This document shows, in pieces, positions 1-13,500 of a DNA stretch of 64,000 nt. The notes beneath the pieces are model-generated. The model ran no database searches. It saw only the letters and a program-made list of their open reading frames with translations, and had not been told where the DNA came from. The translations under genes were made by a program, and so were the position numbers. Positions within the stretch are counted from its first letter, which is position 1. Each line of letters begins with the position of its first letter. This DNA comes from Mizuhopecten yessoensis (taxonomy: Eukaryota): positions 242,287 to 306,286 of the forward strand of contig NW_018408485.1 in NCBI RefSeq assembly GCF_002113885.1. Reading direction: 5' to 3'.

Positions 1-175
1 AATATGTTTTACCATGAATTCATATATTTAAATACTTATAAAGTGCATGATGTTACCATGCATGTATCTGGCTTGTGCCTTTTTGGTCACACAAAGATGA
101 ATCTACACAACTAGAACCAATATGATGATGAAATGTGTGTCACTTTTCTATAATACATGGGATATAACTTTTTTC

Positions 176-590
176 TGTGAAAGTAAATAAATATGTATGT
201 ATAAACAGTCTGAAACAATTAAAAAAAGTTCCTCATAATGTATGTGAAAGGTAAGATAATTAAAAGTTTATAACCAGTCTGAAGCAATCAATATTTATTT
301 CGTACATGTTTGTGATAATTAACACAAGTTTATGACCAGCCTGAAACAATAATTAAAAATTGATAACCTTACTTGTGATAGTATAATAAAAGTTTTATAG
401 CCAGTCTGAAACAAGTGATAAGTTTTCCTAACATGTCTGTGATAATAAATATAATTGTTATATGTATAATCATGCAGTTTTAAGCAATGCTATTTTTCTG
501 TTACATGTCTGTGAAAGTTAACACAAATTTATAACCAGTCTGAAGCAATTGTGAAAATTGATGTAATATGTCTGCGATAATATAAACATT
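176..590. repeat. Degenerate ~65-bp tandem repeat
   Basis: ccagtctgaa(a/g)caa and gtga(t/a)a recur at about 62-68 bp spacing. Confidence 0.6.
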
Positions 591-943
591 TAATCCACAT
601 AAATTTATTGTTAAAAAATGTTTCCATAAGTAATTTTACAAGCATTGTTTTAAGTGTTTGAATTCAGGAACCCGCTATCAAAGGCATCTGATCGTTTTTG
701 TAGGTGTAGTAATTCAATTTAATAAAATTACTGAAAATAAAAGAAAATCAGGGAAGACAATATAGATCTAAACATGTTAATGACTAAACAGTAAGTTATA
801 CATTCAGGAAAATTTTCCTTTCGTTGTGAAATACATATTAATAACCCTTTCTCCACCACTTACCCCTATATAACTCCTATTTGTTTTTAAAATAATGTAA
901 ATCCCGCTACAACTAGTCGTATATTTGTTGACACTGAACTGCT

Positions 944-1090
944 ACTTTCACTTTCACATACTTCATTTCCGGTTAAAAATACGCAACTCTGCGGCTTTCG
1001 ATTAGGTGCTATACCATTCACAGCTGCCGTTTGCCGAACTCTATTTATATACCTAGCCATCCAATGAAATGCCTTCTTTCATTAGCCAAT
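944..1090. promoter_or_regulatory. Candidate regulatory cluster (IRF-E, ETS, TATA-like, two CCAAT)
   Basis: ACTTTCACTTTC at 944-955, ATTTCCGG near 965, minus-strand TATAAATA near 1042-1049, CCAAT at 1061 and 1086. Motif matches only. Confidence 0.3.
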
Positions 1091-3699
1091 CAAAACTACT
1101 CTTACTTCCTAATTACAAAGAAATAACTAAAGCAAGTCTATACTAACGATCATTTATTGAACAATGTAATTAACAAAGAATCAACCGCTTCATTATTATA
1201 GTCTACGATGTAACCCACTATATTTTAAGGTACGATAGATTGGATGCCGTGAAAAGTAACCTGTAAAGTCAGCTGGGGATCGACGATTGCATTAAACACG
1301 ATGATTCTGGACGACATGACACAGGTATTGGCTGTGCAGTGTTACAGTTGCCAATACAGTACAAAACACTCTTTGCTTAGTGTGCATTCACTTATGTTAG
1401 GGTCATTAGAAGTAGGGTCAGTAAGGCAATGGCCTCTGTCGACGAAGGTTAATAAGAGTATATCTTTCCGTCTTGATTTGTGATATTTCTGACGTGATGT
1501 AAATTGTTTCTGTTTTGTATTCTGAGGGTTTTACGTTCCCACAGCCGCTAAAGTTATATGGAGACGGGTGTTTAGGGAGAAACCGTCGTAAACTTGTAGG
1601 AAATAAAGGATATAAACACAAAGTGTAGCAAAGTGAGCAGCAGATTAATTTTGATTTGAGTAAAGTTTCCTAATAAGAAGTCGGAGCAGAACCTCCTATC
1701 CCCCCCCCCCCCCACACACACTCACTATCCCCCTGTCCCCCACAAAAAGAATAACATTATCGACAATGCAAGTTTATATACAAGGGGTTTCTCACGCTTT
1801 TAAATTTACTGATACAGTTTTTGGCTGTCACAATCAATCAAATTGCCTATTTTTGAGACAATGAAGAGGCAGACATATCTATGATAATAGAGAACGGTTT
1901 AGGAAGCGTGATGTTGACTACGTGGCCTTGATTTTGTTTACAAAGTTCACACCGATAAAGAATCATGTTTTGCGTGTCCCATATTATGCTCCCTTCTCCG
2001 TGTGTTATTAACCTGCCATCATTTCTTTATTTCTGCACAACAAGCAAGAGCATACAACTGTTTGATTGAAAAGGTATGTCACTTACTTTTTGTTGGTTAC
2101 GTTGATTTACCTATGGCTAAACAACGTAGCTGTTTGCTTTACGTATACCGGTTTATTAATTTGATAAATATTCATGCATTATTACACATCAATTGTAAGT
2201 TTTGGATGCGGCCAAAAGAAAGCTGCTTGATAAAAACTACATTGTTACTACCTTGTACGGATGAACGCCGCTGTAATCTGCCAGCTAACATAAATCTGTG
2301 AACGTTTTCTTGATAGCAGCTGAGATCATATTGTATTCTTAGTAAATAAGCAGTGCTTACTAAGTGCCCCTTTATACATTTCAGTCAAGGCATTTAAAAT
2401 GGCCGATCAACTCCATTCAATAACAACTAACTGGTGCACATAAGTTCAGACGCTTATCCCTTTGATCCTTTTGTTAGAAGAATAGCATGCCACAAAGAGA
2501 GATGTCACATTAAACTTAAGTGGGGTCATTTTACGACACATATGAATTACACTAGGCATTGTATTTACATTGCCTGATTTCTGTAGACCAGGTTCTTCTC
2601 TAACTACTCCACCCTTCATTGGTTGTAAAACGTAATCACTGAAACAAAGGGATATAGTTAACTGGGGTTTACAGGTCCTTTAAAAACACAGATATCAGTC
2701 AAATAGGGAGGAATTGGAGCAGTATGTATTTATCACACTGGATTGGAGGGGTTAATGCGTGGAGTTTATTAATTTACCGAGCTAGTAAACAGTCTGGGGC
2801 CATTGGAGTGAATCTGTACACGTCTGGGCCAGGGGTTAATCGTGTGTGAACAGCCGCGCTACTTTACCGGATGAAAAGTTTAAACTTTGTAAAAGAAATA
2901 CATTAAAGTGAAGTCATCTGTACGATGATATTGTGGCAATGAGGTCATAACTGTTACAATACACGAGAAAGTTTAGCTGATGGTAGACACAGATAGGGGC
3001 GAACTTCTGGCCGACGATATGCAAGGTGTCATAAAGGTGACGTAAAGGTCGGTACAGATTGGCGGGCCCATTTCTGTGTTTGTACACGGCTGAGGTGAAA
3101 CACGAGTATTTTTCTAAACCTTTGTCGTGACTGTCTATTCGGCGCACATAGTCAGGTAAAATACCGTCAAAATAGATGAGTGCTAACTTATGAAAAAAAG
3201 CTTTTATTCTCCCCGCTGCACGCTCGAGAGGTTTGCAATCCGATCCGTCTGTTGACCCGCGGGAACACCATAATGTGCTCCTAAAATTATGTCAGCTCCG
3301 AGGTCGTTGTGTAATCAGCCTGCCGCTACGTGGTGCACATAAGGTCAGGCGAGGTCACCTCTCGCATTCACAAAAGGGCGGTTTAATATTTAGTTTGACT
3401 CTGATCCTACTTTTATGTTAAAAATGTGATAAGAAATTGAATGATTACGTAATGTAGAGTAGACCCTATACCACACGGAGTTATATATCCCCGGACCTAT
3501 CGTACGATCTTTGCTGCACACATATGCACATATCTATGCAGATAAAAACTTCTCGGGGCCATTCCACGGGGTAGTCTATATACACCGCTCAAGTGCCCAT
3601 CAAAGTATCTTCTCAACTCCCGGGTTATAAGCACTTCTATCTAAACAGAAGGTTTTTTTTATAAACAAAAAGATGCAGTCTTGGTATCCAGGTCACTTA

Positions 3700-4300
3700 A
3701 ATCAAAACAACGTCCAGAATCAAATAAGACAAGGCTTGAAATCGTGTAGAACATACTTGTGTCTGTCTGATAAGCTTACATTTCGGATCGATTTTTAAGT
3801 CCCCCGGGTTCACTGTAACCCTGGAAGACCCAATTCTGTTTTCTATAAGTGGTATGCTTATTGTATACACACTTTAGATTATGTTTAAGTATTTAGCCGT
3901 CCCTGAGGGTCATGATATAAGTAAAGATCGAAGAAAGCGGTTGACGTAGAACAGCTCTAGTGTCCTAGATGTCAAGTTCAGGAGGGTATATACGATCGAT
4001 TTTGTCAAAATAATTATTGTTTATTTGATACCACGTCGTCATTATATCTGAATGTATAAATATGATTGTGAAATTGAATGACAAGGCTAAGTTTGTTTTA
4101 CCAGTCCTGATAAGCTCATCAATAAATCCAGCCTCATATGAAAACAAAAAACAAATCAGCCAGTATAGGGGCACTATATGTTTCCATAGGAATATCTACA
4201 TCCTGCTGGAAAAAACGTAGCACCAAATAGTGATCATGTCAACCAGAAACTCAATTGTTCTCCAAAAGGCAGTTCTCAGTGGCGTTGTAGTCCTATCAAT
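3700..4300 (-). mobile_element. Degraded Penelope-like element, reverse-transcriptase fragment
   Basis: Minus-strand pieces FQQDVDIPMET, FLFSYEAGFI..LALSFNFT, DRIYPPELDI and AFFDLYL..GRLNT match the PLE RT core; frameshifted. Confidence 0.75.
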
Positions 4301-4396
4301 ACAATTGATGACGCTTTGTTTTTGTATTTGAAAAGCGTATTTAAACATATACAAAAAGAATAACATTATCGACAATGCAAGTTTATATTACAGAAA

Positions 4397-4529
4397 ATGG
4401 AGAAACTTGTTGTCACGACCATCGTTGTTGGTGTAATTGCGTATGTCTATCACCAGTCTGCGCTAAACACAGACAGGGGAAATACTGGATTTCCGTCAAA
4501 ACTCAAAACGTCATATGATTACATCATAG
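4397..4529 (+). CDS. GMC oxidoreductase coding exon 1
   Basis: ttacag|aaaATG; [18 protein letters not shown]...SYDYII; donor g|gtaag. Confidence 0.88.
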
Positions 4530-7500
4530 GTAAGATTGAAAGCAACTGAAAATTAGTTTGAGATCCTATCTCACTGTCGATCTTGTCAACATGAATATTG
4601 AATACCGAGTGAAGACCCGTATCGTTTTTTTTGTGGAAAATTTGCAACGCTTAAACAGAGAATTTAGAATAACACTAAATATTTCAATTCCCTAAACCTA
4701 GGTAGCAGTGTACAGTAGCGTACGGTGGCCATGGGTGATATTTTTGTACAATGAATAACCCCTGTAATATTACATGTATCAAAATTTAAAAACAAAATCA
4801 GCACTAAAATTGGCATATACATGATGAAGTGGACTATATAGGCTTCACATTTAAAATAAAAATCGAATTTGGTTTGAGACTACATTTTTGGCCATTTACA
4901 AATCTGTGTCTATACAACAAAAGCTAGTTTTTCATGTAGTCTGTTTTTGTACTCAGCACATGTGTAAATATTGTGAAAAATCCAGTTGAACGACCTATGC
5001 TAAAACGTGAGTATTTCTGTTACCTTCTGTTTCTGTTTGCCTTTTTTGGCGTTTTTTGATATGGTAACCATGATTTTTACAAGTCTTAATTCTGGGGAAA
5101 TCACTATTTGTAAAAAAATCATTCTTCTAAAAAAAAATTGTATGCAAAATGTAGTTTATAAATATATATATATATGTAGGTGTGTTGTGCAGTATAAATC
5201 CGCTTTCCATGTTTTTCTGAGACATGCCCTTTAATTTTAGGATCAAACCATTTCTACTGTACTCTGCTACCCTAGCATTTCCAAAATCCATTACAAAAAT
5301 TACAACCAAACGCCATATACGCCCCAAAAAGAATGAAAACCAACATTACAGAAAAATAAACCGATACTGATATCCCATATCATTTATACCCAAACATACT
5401 AAAACATCCCCCTTACTTATACTCAACTTAATGAAACCTAACATCACTTTGTCGTCTACATCAGTCTTTAATTTTCAGTTGGAGCAGGCTCTTCGGGTTC
5501 GGTGTTAGCGTCTCGTCTGACGGAGGACCCGGATAATGACGTAGTGTTACTGGAGGCTGGTGGTTCTGACGAGACCAATCCTAACATCTATAAGGCCGGG
5601 GCCGCCCCAATGTTGCTGAGGTCGGACGAGGACTGGGAGTATTACACAGTACCACAGAAACACGCTTGTCGTGCAATGAAAGAACAGGTTCGGGATCCAT
5701 ATACATTTGTTTTAATTTCTTTTTTAATAATGAAGAGTCCAAAAGGGTTTTCGATACTTAATGACTTAATGAGTTAATTTTGTTTTATAGAATTACAATA
5801 TCACATGCATAACGTGCATTTATTCCTTTTTTAATTTTGCTATTTAAACACATTAATACCACAAACCCTTAAGTGGCTGTGTTTTTAGAGTAGAGTGGTG
5901 GACTTCTAAGTAATGTTAAAGAATGAAAAAATATTATTCTATCAACACTATCGATCGGTAATAATCCACCGTTATTGAGACATGTTTCGAATTTCGACCA
6001 GTTTGTAATGTCACCAATAAATCCCTTTGCATTCAACATTCCATTCGCCATTTCTATCTCAGAAGCAATTTGATATCATTTGTTTTGATATGATCATTTA
6101 CGATGCAGTACATTTCATTTCTGGCTGGCGATCTATTTCCAAATGCTTAAGGTGCAATCACTTGTGACTATGTGTTTACGTTCATTTTTATAAAAGATAA
6201 CAGTAGCATAATAGCTTCCATTCACTCACAGCGTAGCTTTTGGCCACGAGGAAGAGTTCTTGGAGGAAGCAGCTCTCTGAACTGGATGGTGTATATAAGA
6301 GGCAACCGCCATGATTACGATAGCTGGGCTGAGGAAGGCTGTGACGGTTGGAGCTACAAGGACGTTCTTCCATACTTTATGAAGTCAGAAGACATACAAA
6401 TTGACGAGTTCAAAATTTCAGGTAGTATATACTGATAATGGTTCTTTGTCAGTTGTATTAATGTATTTATGACGCTATATACATACAAGATTGTATCTAT
6501 GTTGATTAAAGGCTAACAATGTGATTTAACCACTATTTCCTCATAGCATTTAGAGAAATAGAAGACTGTTTTGTTGTATTTATACTATTACATTGAGCAA
6601 TAACGACCGTAAGTCATTCGTGGGAATTCAAGGTGGCGACTTGAATGGACTGACCGTACGATCCGAGACCTAGAATTTTTGGTTCATACATGTAATGGCC
6701 AATGAGACGGTGGTTAACTGCAAATTTTGAACTTTATACGAGTAAACCTTTAAGAAAAGTTCTATTTACACAACCAATAATATTTTCTATGTGATGTTTC
6801 GACAATAGTTGTCATATATGTACCGAAAGGGCTCGATTCAGCAGCGCTTTTTTAATACATGGTCATAGATGTGCGAGAGTCTTTTAGCCCCCTCGTTTCA
6901 ATTTAGAACTGGTCCACTGCGGCGTATTCAGATGGCATCCTTTATCTGTCGCTTGAACAGACTGCTCTCTCTGTCCAAAACTTTGGAGTTATCCCAATCA
7001 TTCACATGATTTTTCTGTGTGGCATGTTCTGTGATTGCCGATTTATTTATCTGGGACTCAGACTGCTTTCTTTATGATTTGGTGAATTTCCTTCCTTCTT
7101 GGGTTTCTGTATCTTTCCGGTGTTCATTAAGGCGGACCCCAAATCGCCTTTCAGTCTCTGAATATACGACTCGTCGCAGGTTTTCATTCCGATTTTGTAT
7201 ACGCATTTATAATTCATACTTACCAACCTGAAGAAAATATTTAGAAATGTCATTTCATGCTGTTATCGCCGTATTTATGTGATATTACATCTATATTGTA
7301 CTGACTCGTTAACATTCCATTTTCCGGCACTGACCGCCATTTTAGCACGGACTTCAGGAGAGTCGTTCAAGGACTTGTGTATTTATATCTTCAAACTTTC
7401 CATTTCAAATATTATGAGTGTGTCAACGTTTGAATCTAGAATCTCCAGTAAAAATAAGAGGAAATTTTCTGCTTCACCTGGTGCCCCAGACCACCCTCAT

Positions 7501-10500
7501 CTTATCGTTTAGAGAATTAGAAGAATTCTTTGTTATATTTAAACTATTACATTGAGCAATAACGACAATGAGTCATTCGTGAAATGTTTGCTTCTAATCG
7601 GTTCCAATCATTGCCTGATCGCAGCGACTTGGAGCTCTGATTCTGTGCCGGTATGTTGACACTGTTGTATATATTTGCATTTTAACAGAATATCGGGGAA
7701 AGGACGGTCCTCTTCCAGTAACTCGACCAAATGTTACACCAATGCAAAAACTATATATTGATGCTGGCAAAGATTTGGGTTTCAACGTCATCGATTGTAA
7801 CGGCGAAGACCAAATCGGTGTGTCTGATTATTTGAATTCTTTGATGTATTATCTTTCACTAATATTTTCGCAGGAAATGAGGACAATGTGTATTGACTAT
7901 CATATATGTAATAAAAAACGTAACAAGTGCCGAAATATTTATAGACATTGCAGGGAACTGAGCTTTAATTAGGGTGCGAGAAATGAGAACAATGTTATTA
8001 CGGATACTATTAAGGGCACTGTATGGTACATGTAATCTCTTAATTATTTTAACTATGAGCGTAATCATCGTTTTATTTAAGTTACCATGAAATGTCGTAA
8101 ACACCTCGGCTGAAAAAATACTGTCTACATTCCAGGCTTTTGTTGGATGCAGTCCACTATAAAACAAGGGGAGAGATGGAGTTCTTACAGATCATTTATC
8201 AAACCACATTTGGCCCGTCCCAATTTACATGTAATGCCCAACACTTTCACCACGAAGGTAAGCAGTCTCTGATACAACATAGTATATACATTGTACATAT
8301 GTAAATTATCGAGGTTTGATCTGAATCACCAGAATGATTGCCCTTTGATTTGTTAGCTGGAATATAATTTCAATTTATCCGAAAATAACCGTCGATCGTT
8401 CATAGTGTAAGACCAATAATATGTAACCGATGACATCATGATGAAGTTTGTCTATCTACCGCCAACGAGAAACTGCCCTGTAGGCATGGACTCTCAAAGT
8501 GATAAGTGACGGGCGTAATACCTAGTAGTTTCTCACATCTCATTATTATTAAGTCTAATTCTGAATGGAAAACCTATACAACAAAACATATCGCGATACA
8601 CAGAATGTTCCATACAAAAACCAATAACTAATTCTCTCTAAGAGTTAAAAAGGCCAAACAAACTAAACGTAAGTTTTGAAGAAGGGTAGATGTAGTTCGG
8701 GATAAACGGATCCCTCGAATTGTTACGGTATGTTATCATGACTTTCGCTTGTAATTTTGTAAATTAATTACTCAGGAAAGAAAAATACAATAAAAATACC
8801 GCCAGTTCTATAGTTCAGTATCTATAATAACTTTAGTATATGCTTTTTTTTTAACTCATTAGTCCATTTAGATTTAATCAGTTGGGATACATTAGTGACA
8901 TTCATTCATTTAGATAAAACGTTTTTTTAATTAACAATCTGGACATGTGTTTAAGGTGATTATCAAAGACAAGAAGGCTATTGGCGTAGAATGCATCAGG
9001 AATGGAAGGAAGGTCCGAGTGTTTGCGAGGAAGGAAGTGATTTTATCTGCTGGCGCCGTCAACTCTCCACAACTACTGATGTTGTCGGGTGTTGGACCAA
9101 AGGAACACCTTAAAAAATTAGGGGTATAAACTATTGTATACAATATATTCTTATCCATAAAACTTATTTTACATGGATTTGACCTAGATTTATATAGCGA
9201 CTGTTAGCGATGAATCAGAAGAATACCTGATCTGCTTTTTCTTTTCTTTTATTTTCAACAGTCTCCATGACAATCTATATTTTCTCATTTGTTTTTACTA
9301 TTTCGAGTTTAAATTACGGTTTTGTTTAAATCATATTGTTTACTTTGTTTCGCTCTCTGATTCTCAGTACTTGACTGTCAAGTAGTTGCTTCCTTTTGGT
9401 ATTTCTATTGCAATGTGGTTGACACTGCAGGAAGACTAGCTAACACCCCGAGGATTGCGGTAACCCGTTAGTACCACCGAAAAATTCTAAACGGACGACA
9501 TGGCACCTTATTTAGACAAATGACCGGTGACTTGTGTGTAGACAAAGGTTTAGTTTGTTCGTGTTTTACGTCCTAATACTAGCTATGGTCATATAAGGAC
9601 GTGCCAGGGGGAAAACCACCGACCTGTGGCCAGTACCTGGCGACTGCCCCACGTAGGTATCGAACCCGCGGCCCAGTGGTGGAGGGCTAGTAGTAGCAGA
9701 ATATCAGACTATTTAACCACTTGGCCAACGCGGCCCCTGTAGACAAAGGAGTAAAATGAGTACGAGTTGGCAATACAATATTGCCGTCTATTACTTAGTC
9801 CATCTACAGGATGACGATCAAACCGACAAATTGATTCGATAAATTTTTACATACACTCCACCAGTCATTCCTCTGTTGAAAGTGACACTCTAGACTGTTT
9901 TAGTCATCGAAATGTCACACATAAACAGTCCCTTTGTTGTTTCATATGAACCTATGTACTGTGCAATGATTTATCAATCTATCAGTGGTCTGGGAGACAT
10001 CAAAACTGATATAGGTCATAATATGAAATCATGCAGATGAAGCGATGGTAAAATATATGTTTTTCCCCTCTGCGTGGAGACGTGACATCGGAAGAATATG
10101 GATGCTTGATATGTTTTTCTATTGAAAACTAATTCGAATGACATTTTGAAAAAACGTTTGAATTGCTAATAATCGGATTAGGGAATATTTCCCGGACTAT
10201 ATGTTATAATTGCAATCCGGTTTTATGGCTTAAGACTACTTAATATCTGTAATATTTGTGTCAAACATTTTATTGCTAGATTCCCGTGCTTGCTGACCTT
10301 CCCGTCGGGGAAAATCTACAAGACCATTTCATGATACCTTTGGCGTTCAGGATAAATACAACAGGGCCAATAACTGGTGATAAACTGACTTCAATGTGGA
10401 CAGTGAAACAGTACGAGTACTTTCGTACAGGTAAGTTCTGATAATATAATATAATAAAGTGTCTACACTATACATTCACATGCATGGTGTTTGTCTTTAT

Positions 10501-13500
10501 GAGGAAGTAGGGAAACAGAGTTCAAAGGACGTCCGCAGGTTAATTTTAACATCCTGCTTCAATTAGGGATTTTGGAGTTTGTTTATTACAAAATGTTAAA
10601 TCATTCCTTGAAGCGGTCGCTACCTTACTGGTCGATACTTTTCTGGTCGATACCTTTCCAAAACGCCGATTTCTAGACGTCAAATTTCTAGATTCTGGAA
10701 GCCATAGAAAGGAAATTTGTCCCCAACAGTGCGTGAAAACAGAATGGGATAGCTTCACATATATGTGCTGTTGTTTACAAAGCTGAATAACTTAGTTTTC
10801 CAAATTTCTATATATAATTTTACTTTTAGACTGGTGATGATTTTTTTTGTATACTGAAAGTATTTCAAAAACATAAAGTTGTTTATCAGTATAAAGCTTT
10901 AAAACTTTAATAGAACGTTTAGTTTATATTTCAATTTTTATTGTATTATTACCATGTAACATGACCATTTCGAAGGTCTCTGGTCCGCTACAGCTCTGGA
11001 GGCACTAGCATTTGTGTACAGAGATCTTGATAAGAAGAAAGAGTCCGGAGAAAATTCTGATATACAGGTGCATACATTCAGTGCGCATGGTTTAACCCCA
11101 CCAATGAGAGAGTTCTTCCCCGTCAACTATATGGAAGAAGTAAGTCATCAAATTCTTTCTAATATTAACTTCTATTACGATCGAGATGAAGTATATTCAT
11201 AACACTAATTGAGCACTTCCGGAAAATAAGGTAAACAAATATGGGAAATGACAAAATAAAACTATTTGTTTGTGCTTTTTTAAGATTAATGCAAGTACAA
11301 CAACCTTTTCTCGTAATTTTTGTTTTGTCCAATATTGTAAAATAAAAAAATAAGTCCCCGGTTTTTTTTACATATTTTTTTTTACCCTTTTTGACATGAA
11401 CACGTTTGCACACCCGGAATTTCCCTCTTGGTTACATTATAAAACATCATTCGATATATGACATTACTCCATGAAAACGGATGATAAATATATTTGAATG
11501 TGTATCAGAGGTGTACTTCTGTGTGTCAAAAAGGTATATCTGGAGTTTCTTCTATATTTCAATAAGTCACCAAATATCACTATTGCATATTAATTGCAAG
11601 GTTTTATAGATCTCTATACTTAAAGACTACTTAACCCGAAACAGCATGAAAAAAAGGAAACAGCTCGTAGGAGTTACATTTCATTATCCATGTTCCAGGA
11701 TAAAGGAACACAACTCCACTTTACTATAGGAATAGTTCCATCTCAGCACATCGATGCTTATATAGATCCGTATACAATTATAATGCTTTTATCATCGCTC
11801 CCATTTGTAAATGATAAATGTACAGTTTCATTTTTTCGATTATCTTTTCTAATGGGCAAAATGTCTAAAAAGGATCTAAATATTGCAACTGTTTTGTGTG
11901 TCTATTTTGTGGCAGTTAACAGTATTTGTATCATTTACAGACAGTAGAATCCAAACAACATTTGCCACTAAGGGAGAGGCCTAATATAAGTTTGTTTTTG
12001 TAGACAGTAAAATCTATACAACATTTGCCATTAAGTGTGAGGACTAATATAAATGTTTTTAGTCTTTTGTCAAAATTTGTTTTGACACTGTAGTATTTCA
12101 TTGTCAATAAAATTCGCTGAAATTAAATGAAAAGAAGGATGTACTTCAAATACCAATATATGTGAACGTCAAAATAGTCCATCTTGGTACTATTCTTGTA
12201 CTCATTTCCATCCATTTGTCCCGATTATGGCATCGTTGTCCTCTTTGCAGGCGATGAGCGAGCTATCAATTACATATCCTTTAAATTCAAAACAAGTATT
12301 GCAACGTATACCCCGTATTCGGAAATGTTATTTTTGCTCTATTGATGCCTGTCTTTCGATTGCAGGTGAAAGATAAAATGTTTACTGAGACAGATGACAT
12401 CGAAACGGTTTCATTTTATCCAGTGATTATCCACCCTAAGAGTAGGGGAACTATTCGACTGAGGAGCACGGATCCGTTCGACTATCCTGATATTGACCCT
12501 CACTACCTTGAGGACGAAGACGACGTACAGTTGGCAATCCAATGTATGTTGTGCATATATTCACTTATCTTAATGTCTCGTCTTTGTTCGTTCATTCACA
12601 CGACAAATCACTAAGTATAACAGGTCATAGATGTAAACGTATGGGGTTTTGTTTAACCACGCTCTAAATATATGTAAAGCAGTTACATACTATATATATA
12701 TCAAATGAGTTAAGTCCATTTGATTCGTTGTTCACAGCTATAAGATTTGTGGAAAAGATGGTTGGCACAAACACAATGAAATCGATCGGAATGGACGTCA
12801 ATAATCGGTTCCAAACATATGAATTTTGTTCTGAGCACGAGTTCCGGTCGGACAAGTTCTGGGAATGTTATGTGAGACATTTTACATTGACCGTGTACCA
12901 TCCAACATCTACGTGTAGAATGGGAGGCAAAGACGACCCGTCAGCTGTAGTGGACCCCCAGCTGAGGTATGAAAATATTAGTAAGAAGTTATGCATTATT
13001 TGAGAAATAAATATTTCGATTTTTTCGTAATTCATTGCAAAAATAATTTTTGAATAATAGTTCAACTTGCCATCTTGTTTAAATCTGAAGACGAATTCAG
13101 TCTTTAATAAACGTTATACTCTTACAGTCAACATGTCAATGTAACGGTAATGCCGTAAAAAACGTTAAACTCTTCCAGTTAAAATTTCAATGTAACGGTA
13201 ATGCAGTAATGAACGAGATATCGTAATAAAAAGCCGTTGGTGTACGATTCATATTTATCCCGAGCTCATATAACAATGGTTAATTCTTTGTTGTATATTA
13301 GAAATCATTATAATTGAATATTGTACGATAACTTCACAATGCAAAAAAGGATAGTTTTCAAAACTCATTGCTTAGAATATAGTCTTTTAATTGAATAGCT
13401 AATGATTTTGTTTTCATCTTTAAGAGTTAAAGGGATATCCGGCCTACGTGTTGTCGACGCTTCTGTGATGAGAAATGTGCCCGGAGGAAATACAAACGCT

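Noticed and set aside
6790-6825. Hammerhead remnant in the Penelope 3' end (GACAA-cta-TTGTC-GAAAC on the minus strand)
   Set aside because: A stem II and GAAAC are present but CUGANGA is absent, so at best it is a decayed remnant.
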